NCBI RefSeq assembly: GCF_964204645.1
Contig: NC_134033.1
Span: 4,302,231 to 4,366,230, forward strand
Direction of reading: 5' to 3'
Source: Tubulanus polymorphus
Taxonomy: Eukaryota > Animalia > Nemertea
DNA: 64,000 nt
Position 1 is the stretch's first letter. Each line of letters opens with the position of its first letter. The notes under the pieces were generated by a model that made no database searches, was not told where the DNA came from, and saw nothing but the letters and a program-made list of their open reading frames with translations. The position numbers and the translations under genes are program-made. Shown here one piece after another: positions 51,365-64,000 of the stretch.

Positions 51365-53629
51365 GTATCCCTTGTGAATGAGAAGTCGAGAGAAGCGGGA
51401 GGTCCTGGTACTGAAATAAATACCACAGACAAATTACTTATAAAATACGAATTGACATCTACTTGAAGACGACAACTAACAGCATTTAATTTCTAACTGT
51501 TTAATGGATCTGCAGTAAAAAAACATGTTTATCACTATTCCTGTGTTTGAATTGATGATTAAGAGTTCATTAGAATGAGGGATTTTACCTGCATACAAAG
51601 CCTGTATTAGTTAGTCTCGGACTAGTCAGACTCGCAGTTGATATAAGTCGACTGTTCTCTAATTTCTGTAGTCTAACAGCTATCCGATACCCGGTATTAG
51701 GTGTTGTAACCGTTGCAACAGTTTATCAAAGCCAGATGGCTATAGTGCGCGTGGTTGCCACCGAGATCCCGTGTGAACTCGCGTATCATAATCGTTAACG
51801 CGTTTATAATTTTTGTTTTTAACTAGTTTAAGACTGTGCCTGTTCTCTCGTTTGTATATTTTTGTACTTTTTATAGTAACATTTTGACAGTTTGTAACAT
51901 TCTCAACAGATTGAGTAATCATAATTAGTTCCCAGCCTGATTTTGTATAAAAGCCGTAACAAATTTCCTGTAAAATCATTTCATCTTTGTAAGCCTGATG
52001 GTGCACGTCTCTCCGCTAAATAAATCGCTATAGTCTGAAGAAAGGCCTTGCAGTAGGTCATTTCATGACAAAGGGACAGGACGACGACTTTGCCTCGCTT
52101 TGCTGCTTCAAGGGACAGGACGACGACTCTGCCTCGCTTTTGCCGCTTCAACCAGGGAACGCTGTTGACTCTGCCCGACTCGCTAATTTTGCCTCTGCCC
52201 GGTGACCCGCCTGGCTTTGCTTCTACCTTGACGACCCGCCTGGCTTCTGCTTCAGCCCGGCCTCTGCTTTGCTTCTGTCCGAGAACGAATACAGTCCTCC
52301 TCGCTCAATGGCTTCCTCACTCCCCATCGACTGTCAGTGGAGTGAGCCCGAAACCCCGTGGTGTTGGACCGAGAACTCTCCAAACATTAGGAGTTAGACC
52401 AGTAATTGTGTCATGTGTAAGGACTCCTGCAGTTTCCTGATTAGTCCTAGTGTTTTCTGATATCTTACGATAAACGACTTGATACTGAACGCTGACAGTA
52501 CCCCGTCTTGAATCTTCTACAGAACCCGACTAAGCTCTCCAACTAACTATTACACTGTTATCTGTCAGCGCAGACCTTGTTAATTGAGAAAACAACTTCA
52601 ATTCTGAAAAAGAAATCGATGTTAATTTCAGGTGAATCAAACAAAATAAAGGGTAAGGATCTTTTACTTTGGGTTTTTTTGACTTGGTATCATTTTCGAT
52701 TCATATTGGTTACTATATTCAGGGAATAGGGAGTGAGATTCTTAGGAATCTATGATTCAGTGTAATATATACCTGACTCGCACCACTTTCCGATGTAATT
52801 CTGTGAACAGCCAGATTCACAGATACCACTCAAATAGTTACAACTTTCACTGTTGTAACATCTACATTCAATCATACATCCAAATGAGTTCGATCCCTTA
52901 CTACAATCACCGGGTGCTAAACAGAAATTCAAATTTGATACGAAAAGTAAATATGAATCATTTGATCTTTCGGAAATATATTCTCATTACAAGTCACTGA
53001 ATATTGTTATGAATCGATCTAATTTTAACAATGATATAATCCATAAATGAATGGGTGCTTAAAACAAAATTTTGGTAATATAGGGAGACTTCATTTCATT
53101 TCGAAATTTTTCGTTCGGGGGTAAATGCTATATACAAGTCACGGAATATTTTCGAGAAAAGCAAAATTCATTGCCATACTCTTAATAGTTTACACATATA
53201 TATAGTCATGTAAAACTTACCGATATATTTGAACCCGATATCTTCTATTTCTGCCAGTACGAGATACTCTCGCCTACCCCTGTTCTTGTGTTGAACGGTG
53301 ACGTATTGTCCAACTACAGGACCTGGGCTGCATACGAATGTTTTATGTTTACCACAGAGAGGGGCCCTGGTAAGCACATTTCTGGTTAGAAATAAATATA
53401 TTCGGGTTATTTCCGACTCGAATTTCCAAATTGCGCGCGCGTTTTTCTGAGAAAAATTAAGAAGCTTTGAAATATGACAGTTTATTCCATGAAAAGAGAA
53501 AATTAATGCACGAAATCAGGGAAGTTGAAGATTGCTTTGTGTGCAAAACAATTTTGTTCAAATTCTTTTGACGAAGAAATATAAAAATGAATTCATTGTT
53601 TTCGACAGGCGCACGGCCCCTAGAAATTT
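51365..53629 (-). pseudogene. Second partial duplicate of RPTP ectodomain exons 4-7
   Basis: Near-identical to 13075-14947 but retains the exon 4/5 intron. Carries the same solo LTR. Ends abruptly at gcacggcccctagaaattt. Confidence 0.9.
51702..52386 (+). mobile_element. Solo LTR (twin of 13408-14060)
   Basis: tgttg...aaaca with TSD ttagg (51697-51701, 52387-52391). tataaaag at ~51946, aataaa at ~52019, and a short internal tandem duplication at ~52070-52150. Confidence 0.82.
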
Positions 53630-55459
53630 CCAATCAGTACTGTCAAATGCTTATCGTCTTATTGTATCCCGGTGAGATCGGTTTGTGATGGACAGCCCGA
53701 TTGCCCTGATTCAGAAGATGAATTAAACTGCGAAGAGCTTTCGTGTCCAGGAATGTTTAAATGCGGCGATGAAAAACGATGTATTCCTCAGTCAGAAGTT
53801 TGTGACGGTGTCGTCAACTGCCGATACAACTCCGATGATGAATCTTTTTGTAACAACACGTGTCCAAACCGTTGCAAATGCCAAGGTCATTCTGTAGATT
53901 GTGAAGACGCTAATTTGTTTGATATGACTGGCATTTTTGCGGCGACCACTCGAGTCTTACTACTGTCCAACAATCGGATTCTATTCAACATTTCGACCTT
54001 CTCCTATTTCGTCTATCTTCGTATTCTTGATATTTTCCGTAATAATTTGCCCGACCTTGTCTCCAACGCGTTTGATCCTCTTCATAATCTAAACACATTA
54101 GATTTGTCCTTTAACCACATCGCATCATTACCCGCCCATATATTCACTGGTTTGTTTCGTCTGAAAGAATTGATTTTTATTGGAAATCCGCTGAGGTATT
54201 TGGAAGCCGGTTGTTTTAAAGGTCTAAGGTCTTTAAATGTTCTTGACCTTCGCCAACTTTCTCTTACAGCGCTTGGTGATAATATTTTTGAAGGTCTAAC
54301 GGCTTTACAGTCGTTGAATATCAGCAGCAACCAAATCAAATATATTTCGAACCACGCTTTTTCTGGATTATTCTCTCTCAACGTCCTGGACATAACGAAC
54401 AACTCTGACATGATAAATGTAGGAAAGACGGTTATGAATAATCTTACTGCATTGAACTCCCTCGCATCAGACGCATACAAATTTTGCTGTATGGTACCAA
54501 ACATCGAGAAGTGCTCCCCGAAAGCCGATCAGTTTTCATCGTGTTTTGATTTAATGGCTAATACTGTTTTGAGGGCTATTATTTGGGTTATCGCGACTTT
54601 CAGCTTTATCGCCAATGCTCTGGTCGTTGCAATGCGAGTAAATCGCTTCTCATCGACTGAATCTCATAGAAAATCATCCGATATCCTGATAATTCAAATT
54701 GCAGTGTGTGATTTCCTGATGGCAGTTTATTTGTTTTTGATTGCGGGGGTGGATTATGTTTATAAAGGAGTCTATTTTCTTAATTCGCAATCCTGGACAC
54801 GTAGTTCATTATGCCGTCTCGCCGGAATTCTGGCGACTCTATCGTGCGAGGGTTCTTTAACTTTCCTCTTGATTCTTACACGCCTGAGATATTCTAATAT
54901 AGTTCATCCACTTTCTGGAAACCGAACTGCATCTCCAAAACATGTCTTCTGTATCTGTTGTCTTTGTTCGATCATTCTAGGCTCAATTGCTGTCCTACCA
55001 CTATCGCGGTTCTCTTATTTTGGAAACAATTTCTATGGCACTACTGGCGTTTGTCTTCCTATGAACTTACTTTCAATTGACGTCAATGCCTGGCAATATT
55101 CATTTACCATTTTCGCCGTGCTTAATTCCATATTACTGTCTACGATAATGGTGACATATGCGCAGATGTATGTAATTGTATCCGGAAGCAGGTCGGGCTC
55201 GGGTAGAGCCGATCCTACCGAACTGGTTTTAGCTCGAAGGAGTTTGGTGATAAACCTTTGTAATTTATGTTGTTGGCTACCGATAATAATCGTTCAGTTT
55301 TGCGCCGTATTTTCGGTCGAGATACCGAACCAGGTGGCCGCTTGGCTGGCCGTTCTATTCTTACCGATCAACTCGTCTCTGAATCCGCTTCTTTATACAA
55401 TACTGACGATCGATATGAAATCAATTAGAACGAGATATAAACGTCAACAAAAGAAGTAG
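53630..55459 (+). pseudogene. Divergent GRL101-like GPCR, copy E: 5'-truncated (last 2 LDLa, LRRs, 7TM; open frame, no signal peptide or upstream domains)
   Basis: The frame reads PISTVKCLSSYCIPVRSVCDGQ.., homologous to PAGTVKCPSSYCIPIRHVCDGR. It starts exactly where the RPTP duplicate stops, with an in-frame TAG at 53621, and stays open to the stop at 55459. Confidence 0.8.
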
Positions 55460-56960
55460 ATTAAGAACACTTCAGTAGCAATAAAGGAGCTTTTAAACGA
55501 ATCTTCTTAGTGTTCATGGTTGCGCACCAAACTCTAGTAATGAATCTAAAGAACAAATGACAGATATTAACGACGACCTTTGGGCCCATGGTCCATTCAG
55601 TTTTGTTTTTCATCACTTCTTTATCTAAACAATTCATATGAAATAGTGTTCTTCGTAGCTATTAGATTCATTGTAGATTGTTTGTTAAATGCAAGAGTAT
55701 TTACTTAAGGTGTGGATTTAAGGTGCTCGGTGAGGTCTTTACTGACCAGTGTAATTTAGATAGACGATTACATAGATGACGACTTATTAATCTATGAATG
55801 TATTCACTGATGTAGTGTGAGCGTGTGTGTAAGAGTGATTGGTTTGATTTTTCTTTTAGGGCGGCACGGCTCCGATAGACCTAATCTATTAATCTATGAA
55901 TGTATTCACCGATGTAGTGCGTGTTGCGTGCGTGCGTGCGTGCATGCATGCGTGCATGAGTGTATCAAAAACTGGTATGCACTTGGGTAATATGATCGCT
56001 ACCGATGAGACAGACTCTCAACGACCCACGCGATGTGTGATTTAAACAGAATAGTAGATTTATTTCTCTCACAATCTAATCATGTTAACCCCTTTATCAG
56101 ATTTAATTTCGAAAGTTGACTGTATTCGAGTATATTGGGGTGTTGCTCGCTATACAGGTATATAGTTTATGACTATTTTTCCTAGTTTTATTCCGGTCAC
56201 GATACAGTTGGATTGACAGATACTTCCGTTTGATCACGCTTAATCAGTTATCAGAAAAGAACACTAACTCTCCATCTATCCACTTATTCTGGAAAATGAA
56301 CAATTTGAAATTTGTTTTTTAATGGCTCACAGAATTGAGTCAAAACCTCCCTTAGTTTTTCTTCTTACTATCGATGTGTTTATCAACTAACAGTATGAAG
56401 AGTTAGCCTATAGATAATGCTTTGATACGATCCTCAGGAAATGACAGAAATCGTTTTTCTATATCAACCACTTTTGTGGGTAGGTGCCGAATGGATGCTC
56501 CATCTTTTAGTTTTATGTAGGACCCAGTTTCGTTAACTGAATTTATGGTTTAATCGCTTTCAATGCGGAAAAAAATTCAAACTCAACCGCGATTTAAAGT
56601 TAAAACTTTTTCATAAATATTTTGCCGTTTTCGTATAAGCAAGTAAATTCCTTTAGGTAAGCGATGTTGTTATTCAGCCATATGAACTGTTCAAACCCGT
56701 CAGTTTTACGGTACCGAGTATCCATTGTATTACGTACGCTTAATGCGGGTATCAGTTTGTATCCATGGAACCACATCGCTTCAAGCGATCACGATTGAAA
56801 GGCTGCTGATTGAATGCAACTTATGTCTGGTGCAGTTAATTTTTTCCGGGGTGAACTCGGTTCAAAAATATATTAGATTTTAAATTTTAGAAATATAACA
56901 GATTCGAAGTTCTAAATTCTAACATTCATTTGTTCATTGTTTTGATGATAGCAATAAGCA

Positions 56961-57131
56961 CCTGCCCCTGCCCCTGCCCCTGCCCTTGCCCCTGCCCCTG
57001 CCCCTGCCTCTGCGCCTGCTCCTGCCCCTGCCCCTGCCCCTGCCCCTGCCCCTCTCCCTGCCCCTGCCCCTGCCCCTCTCCCTGCCCCTGCCCCTGCCCC
57101 TGCCCCTGCCCCTGCCCCTGCCCCTGCCCCT

Positions 57132-57163
<32 letters not shown>

Positions 57164-57175
57164 CTCTGCCTCCTC
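56961..57175. repeat. (CCCCTG)n/(CCTCTG)n hexamer microsatellite
   Basis: Read directly. The minus strand is (GGGGCA)n, which can form G-quadruplexes. Confidence 0.97.
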
Positions 57176-57655
57176 TCCCTTTCCCTCTCCAATAATAAAT
57201 ATGACAGCTAGTGATAAACATCACGGTTAGACACATCGTTTCATAGCGATGTATAAATATTACAAGAATTTTCGTCTCGCATCCAAATATGTGTAAAATC
57301 TAATGGTTTTAGTCTCAGACAATAGAGCGGGTTACAACAAATACATGTAGTTTGTAAGATCTAATATTCAAAGTCAAGTTGTTTATATACCGATAAAACG
57401 TAAGACTCTTCTTTACTCTTTGAAATAAACAATTCGAACACAATAATTAGAATCATTACATCCAATGATGCCAGTCAAATTTCTATGGTTTAGCTTAAAT
57501 TCAAACGCAAATCGCTGGTCACATTTGATCCGAGTTCAGATTGAGTCTACTGTATCCGAGTGTTGCTATTACGAGGGTCCATTTGTTTAAAACTAAGATC
57601 AAACCAAACCTAACCTCAGTCTCCTAAAGAGAAACAATTCAAAATCTCTACTCAC

Positions 57656-58337
57656 CGGTTTAAATCAGCAGTTTTTCGATTATCTTTTCTTTGAAGAAAT
57701 TTCAGCTCACAGGAGTTATCTATCAGATCAGGTTGTTTTAGTCAGCACACACTTGATGCAATCAGGTCCTGATGAAGTGATGAAGGTCTGGAATCTGGAA
57801 ACTGTATTTGTCGGTTTAGTCAACACGCATTGACAGCAATCAGATCCTGCACAGGAAGATCTTCTCTGAAAAAGCAACAAAGTGTTTAATTAAACTTGAA
57901 TCAGCTTGAATCCGACCTAAGTTAAGTTTGACATTTAGATTTGAAGTTAAATTGTCTGCTCACCAAATCATGAGTGGAACTTCATGGATTATTTCGATCA
58001 GTTATCGTTTCCTTGGGAGATGTGACGCCAAAACTACAGCACTAATATCTGTCCGGCCTTGTTGGTTTAGTCAGCAAACATTGACAGCAATCAGATCCTG
58101 AGAGAAGTAGAGCTTATCTGAAAAACAGTACTGATCTCAATGATAATTTTTAATTCGCCTCGATACATGCACATTGTAATCTGTTATAGCCAGTATTAAA
58201 AACCTACAAATCTACTCACCACCAATTTCTGTGTGGAGCATCATGGATTATCTCAAAAATGTCTGGAGTTCACAGCGTCGGTTTAGTCAGCCTTGTGGTA
58301 TTGGCAGCAATCAGGTCCTGAGTGAGGAATGGCTGAT
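57656..58337 (-). other. Putative spliced non-coding unit with three homologous exon-like blocks
   Basis: Blocks 58337-58220, 58117-57964 and 57865-57656 are each bounded by tttttcag and G|gtgag. Each contains CAGGAYCTGATTGC-N13-17-TGACTAAA and has early stops. TATAAAT at ~58451-58445. Confidence 0.5.
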
Positions 58338-59239
58338 CTGAAAAACAACAATTTCATATTTCAGTTCTGACTGAAAGAATCAATGTTTAAGTTTAGGTTG
58401 GATGCCTGAGTGAGATCCCAGAGGCAGGGAGTCAACTAGACTAATTTATACACGAGATGTGAACTGTCGAAAGCATCCCTCGGCAACTTCCCAAATAAGT
58501 CTTTAAATTAGTGGAAAAAAACTTATAGATCTCCCTTTTCACTAACCAAACCTCACGTAAGGACTGGACATATATGCGCGTGTATAGTGAGTTCAACGTG
58601 TTTTAAGAATTAATCCTATGAACTGGTTCAATTCAAATCGAAACGTATTCATTGATTTCAAAGACCGAGGACAATAGCAGGACACAATATGAACTGAGTT
58701 TGTCATAATGCGGTTCAATGGACACGAGAACCACTGGCTAGATAATACCGGACTGACCCCGTTAATATTTTATCTTCAGAAACCTAATTAATATATGAAG
58801 TAGATATAATATCAGATATTCTCTAACAGTCCTCGTTAAAATGATAGTTCTATGCAGTAATTTAAATCCTTTCAAAATCGAATTGAAAGAAAAATCAGTT
58901 TGCAACCCAATTTATCAATCACATTTCAATTATTGAATTGTCACTCGAATTTTCACAGGAATCAAGCACGAATCTTAGAACTATTTGCAATTGATTATCA
59001 CCTAGAATAAATTAAGATGATATCATCATAGGAAATATGCAATAAATTCAATTTATCAAATCTTCATTGTCTGTAATATAAATAACATTTTCATTGTCTA
59101 TAACTCGAATCGTCACTGAAATTAAACACGTATCTTATCATAAACAAATAAAATTAAGACGATATCATCATAGTAAATATGCAATAAATTCAATTAATCA
59201 AATGTCCATTGTCTGAAACTCGAATTTCTTAGAACTATC

Positions 59240-59341
59240 GCAGCAGCAGCAGCAGCTAGCGTATATATCTAAATATCGTCAGCAGCAGCAGCGGCAGCGG
59301 CAGCGGCAGCGGCAGCGGCAGCAGCAGCAGCAGCAGCAGCA
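59240..59341. repeat. (GCA)n/(GCAGCG)n microsatellite
   Basis: Read directly. Confidence 0.9.
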
Positions 59342-59419
59342 CAGTTATTTTCATTTATTGATTCAAATCATCAAGAGTGATGAATAGAGGCTGCTTTAAC
59401 ATATCTCTCAATTCTAAAT

Positions 59420-59625
59420 ATCGTATATATCTAAATATCGTCAACCCGTTTTCTAAAAGTCCGATGATAACACCGAAATACGTTATCGGTATTTGCTGCA
59501 TTTATTGGCTCGTTATAAGCACAGTTTCTATTCTACCACTGTCATCGTCGTCTTACTTGGTTGGTGTTGGTTCTCCGTGTCAGCACCGAACAAGTCCTCA
59601 CCCGCCACAATCAGATATCGATGCG
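59420..59625 (+). pseudogene. Relic of another GRL101-like 7TM segment
   Basis: YLNIVNPFSKSPMITPKYVIGICCIYWLVISTVSILPLSSSSY aligns to YSNIIDPFSGNPVLSSNIIMILSCLCWIFLSLIAFLPLSRSSY. It is followed in another frame by FSVSAPNK, resembling FSVEIPNQ. Confidence 0.7.
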
Positions 59626-60044
59626 CTTCACTTAGCTTCAACTCAGTTATTATATTGACTGTACAGAGACGCAGAATATTTTGAGGTAAAGATAGAAAAT
59701 GTCATAGAATATTATCACAAACTGAACGCAGTTCGGGAGCGACAGTAAATATTTTTAGAGAAATAATTGCACATGATTATAAACACGATATATTAAAACA
59801 CGTCTAAATTTAGAAACCGCGGTAATTACAGCGAAACCGAGAACAGATGAAAGTTTTACAAATACGAGACTGGCGCCAGTTTGATGGGCGGATTTTTTTA
59901 CAAAATAATTGGACTCTGGATCAATTCGTCAACTTCTGCCATTTGCGAATTCGTCATTACTTTGCAGCGACTCTTATGAGAAATGTCGCGCAAACTTGGA
60001 AATAGTGAGAAACGGTTTGTTTTGAAGCGTGAATTGTGTTCAAT

Positions 60045-63000
60045 ATGCAGCGAATGAAAGCGTTGTTCGTAGTTTTACTGATCGCTTGCGGAGACTGTAT
60101 ATTTACGCGGGCTGATCGCGCAAACTCTGTCGAGGAAGCCGCGTCTGTTACAGTCAGTTCATCTTGTAACAACACTCAATACTCCGTCGATTCTACGTCT
60201 GGTTACATCGTTTCACCGAACTATCCGTCGTTAGTGCGCGGTGTCGAATGTCGTTGGTTCGTCAACAGCTCTTTACCGGGAAGTTTTCTCGTTCAAGTTT
60301 ACTACGACATCGAGCCGTCGATATTCTGTAACGAAAACTACCATGTCGTCGGTGAGTCCGACAACAAACTCTGCGCTACCGGAAGAAAACAACTAGATAT
60401 CCGCAGTAACGGGTTGATTTCGTTGTTGTTTAGGAGTAACGTCGATGGAGCGCGAGGTAGTCGGGTTTATATCATATATCGTTTTGAAGAACAGAGTCGC
60501 TTGAAGATCTTACATACATGTTCAAAACATGCAGTTAACAAAATACCAACTGAAACAGGTTATGAATTTATGATTTCTGTCTGGCGATGTAAATTGTTGT
60601 TAGAATGGATCGGGATGCCAGACGGGTTTGCAATGAATTTAACGTTTATACAGATAGATTTCAGATTATATCCAGGTGAGGATCCGATGAAAACTCGTCC
60701 TCAAATTTACGACGGATGGAACAGCACCAGTGAACCTATAGCTCTTATACGAGAACAAACCGGACATCCACCTTCATCGTTTTATACTAAAACTAATAAA
60801 GCACGTATTGAATTCATTTCAAATGGACACACATCTTTTCAGTCGCATTTACTCGTGCAAGTTTACAAAATATCAGATTGGAACATCTCTAACCCGTTAA
60901 TTCAAGTCTATAATAAATCAGGATTGCTCACTACAATTGATGGAATACCACATATAGTAACTCAGACTAAACACTTATACTGCTGGTCTATCACAGTCGA
61001 TGTTCTGCAGTACGTCGTCTTCAACTGGACACGTGATCTCGTCTCGTCACCAGGTGTCGTTGGTGTATATACACGGGAAGGGTTACGTATTGTGAGAACT
61101 GATATTTTACTCAGTTTTAACCATCTTAAATCTCTGAGTGTAAAATCAGACGGATTTCTCGTCATTCTGTGCGTTTTAAAGACATCGGATTTTTTAAGAT
61201 CGAATTTGAAAATAGAATTTGAAATGAAATCAATGACAATATCAGACGTCTACGTCAACAAGCCATGGATATCGGTAAGTTTATAACAATGATTTGTAAA
61301 TTATGTTCGCGTAATAGAATCATTATAATTATCTATGATCTTGATTACGATTTTGACCAGTGAAACTTTACCGAGAAACTTGGAATAACAACGTTATGTG
61401 TGACCCAAATTTCAATATAGTTGGACGCACTTGTTGTTTACGCAGAGTAATTATGATGATTTGTGGAAGAATTTAAGTTAAGATTTGATTGCAACATTTT
61501 GAACTGTTATCAATATATCGAGGTCGTACAGAGTTTGAAATTGTTGTATTGTAAACGTTCAATGTTGTAATCAATTCTCTTATATTTCAGCATTCAAACA
61601 CAAGGAAATCGATATCAGCTAATCACTTGTTCCAGAGATCAAAGAATACATTGTATCGTGTAACTACATTACAACTAAACTGGAAAGTGAACATCTATGA
61701 AGAACAGTTGAAACGAACAGTGTTATCAGAAAACTGTGATCGAGCTGGTTTTTATATATTTGATGTTAGTAATTTCACAGCTAGACGCTATGGTCCGTAT
61801 TGTCCTGGTTCATACTACGGTCGATCTGTCGTCAGCCTGATTACATCAGGTGGACCGGTTACTGTAGTAGCATACGCTTATTACTATAACAATCAGTTAA
61901 CAGTTGATAGCTCATATCTTGTATTTGCTCCTACTGATTGTGATGGTTATGTTCTACAGGAAGAAGAACGTCAGATCAATATGACGTCACACTGTCTCGT
62001 GATTACACCTGAAAATCGACGCCTTCGCTTGAAAAATATTCACATATTATCAGAACACGAATATCAAACTGATAAATGTTTTCTCAAGGTGACATTATTA
62101 TGTGAACAGTTTCTGAGATTAAGTAATCGGTTTCTTAATAACAGTCTCGTAAAAAACACTGTAGATTTCACAGGTAATGAGTTTGTATTCTGGCAAGAAC
62201 CACTAATAGTTAAACTACGTCGTAAATGTCTAGGAGTGAAAAAAGCGGTTAGTTTTGGATTTCTTGGATCCCGTCTTCCAGTTACTACTAAAGATGAATG
62301 TGGACTCGTTCAGGCACCAAACTACCCGGGTTTGGCAGACCCTACATCAAAATCTATTTCCTATAAATTCGAAAACCCGATACAACAAAAAATATTTCAA
62401 TATTACAGATTTATTGTCAAATTTATTGGATCAATTTCATGCGAAACAAACAGCAGGGTCGAGAATGATCCGATCATTTTGATACAAACAATAAATTACG
62501 CCCTCTTTCTAAATGGAAAATATTACAAAACCATTTTAACCCAACATGAAACTAAAATATGTGATAATAACGCGGTTCGTGGACTTATATTTTATAGTTT
62601 AACAGATAATACTCTGCGTTTTGAAGTAAAAAATGGTATACCCATCTTTCAAATACAATACACTTTACACGAGTCGTTACCGATTAAACATTTCGATGAT
62701 TTCTACTGTAAACAAGGATTTCTGGATTCCGGAATTTCCTGCATCAAATTCATCAGAGATGAACGTCTGAATTGGGAGAACGCTGAAATATACTGTAGAC
62801 AGAAGTACGCGGGACATCTACTCAGTATCAACTCAGAACAGGAAATGATTTCCATCAAAAGATTATTCGCTACACAACTTCTCCGAATGGCGTACTCATT
62901 AAAAGCGCTCATAATGATGATTGGATTGCAATGGAAGGTAAGACTAATATATTTAAATATGAATTAGAATAGGATGATTTTCAAAGAAATGATATATTTC

Positions 63001-64000
63001 ATTTTCTTCACGAAACAGAATGATGGTTATTACACGTGGACTGACGGTAAACCATTGAGCTACACAGAGTGGTATAAACCTGTTATTAATGAAACGATAC
63101 CAGAAGTTATTCGAGGATTGATATCTCCGCTAAGAAAACAACCGATAAATGACGTGTACGGCAATGATACTGAATAATCCACGAGGATCGGCGAACTGGG
63201 TTCGATTCCCGTGTCAAATCGAGGAGACGCACACGACATTCATTTGTGAATCCGAGAGAAGCGACTTCAAAGACAAACACAATTCAACGATAGACGATGC
63301 GAACAATTCAACAAATACAGACTTAAATAAAACCATATATCAAATGATTCCCGATATTACTTTGATTAATTCAACCTGTCCAAGAGGTTGGGTAACTATT
63401 TCTGGACAATGTTATCAAATACTAACCGACTGGAAAACCAATCGAGGTTTGAATATTCGGAGTGCTAGAGAAATGTGTCACAGCATCCGCGCCGAAATAG
63501 TAAGAATCACCTCAAATACAGAAAGCGACTTGAAAAATTTGATCAACGAATTTCAATATCGACATCAATATGGCGCCATACTGACAATGGACCGCGACGG
63601 ATTTATAGTTATCAAACCATTGGTGACCAGAAATGAAATTACTTATATTCAATCAGTTAAATGGTTATTGAAACCTTTCGATATTAGAAAAGATAAAGTG
63701 CATTCCGTGTTATGTACCTATAATGTAACTGGTGAAGAGTTAGCTTCTATAAGCGGTTGTAAATCGTGGCAGTTTGAATGTAACGATCAAAGATGTATCA
63801 GCGACCATCGCGTATGCGATACCAGACACGACTGTCAACACGGTGAAGATGAACTCGATTGTACGGATATCAATTTACACAGTCACTTCCGCTGTAACGA
63901 TGGACAGGTTATATCGATTAGCGGTTTCTGCGACTTTATGAGAGATTGCGTCGATGGCTCGGATGAGAACTCTTGCTATCATCCACCGTGTTTATCTACG
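60045..64000 (+). pseudogene. Divergent GRL101-like GPCR, copy F (frameshifted in exon 3; continues beyond window)
   Basis: Exons 60045-61274, 61591-62937 and 63019->64000, with the same phase-0 intron positions as A-D. An 11-bp deletion at ~63155 gives a stop at 63177. The original frame stays open through CTL2 and LDLa1-2 to the window end. Confidence 0.85.

Noticed and set aside
56926-57236. GQ/GR/CP/LP dipeptide-repeat ORFs
   Set aside because: Translations of a hexamer microsatellite, open in several frames with no gene context.

Overview
AT-rich invertebrate metazoan genomic DNA with spliceosomal GT-AG introns; not prokaryotic. Two elements dominate the window. (1) A tandem cluster of giant GRL101-type LDLa/LRR GPCR genes. 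Each has 3 exons with phase-0 introns and encodes about 1,880-1,940 aa: signal peptide, several CUB/CUB-like domains, 2 C-type lectin domains, ~7 LDLa, LRRs, rhodopsin-class 7TM. Four close paralogs lie on the minus strand: A (<1-4336, pseudogene), B (5478-11548, intact), C (36041-42271, one nonsense codon) and D (43949-50069, intact). On the plus strand are a 5'-truncated divergent copy E (~53630-55459), a small relic (~59420-59625) and a divergent frameshifted copy F (60045->64000). The paralogs have loop-localised hypervariability in the CUB-like region, a near-invariant LRR-7TM module, and patchwork identity suggesting gene conversion. (2) A 26-exon, 1366-aa receptor-type tyrosine phosphatase gene (28095-18151, minus): signal peptide, Cys-rich module, F-type lectin, EGF-like, 3 FN3, TM, PTP D1, PTP D2. 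Its D1 catalytic Cys is replaced by Gly (HGSAGAGR), so it is a predicted pseudophosphatase. Two partial duplicates of its ectodomain exons carry a shared solo LTR. Also present: a Penelope-like retroelement fragment with a minimal hammerhead ribozyme, a Helentron-like insertion whose empty site is preserved nearby, a foldback element at the duplication junctions, LINE/MITE fragments, several tandem repeats, and an apparently non-coding repeated-exon unit at ~57.65-58.45 kb. All exon models and comparisons were derived by eye; no database search was run.
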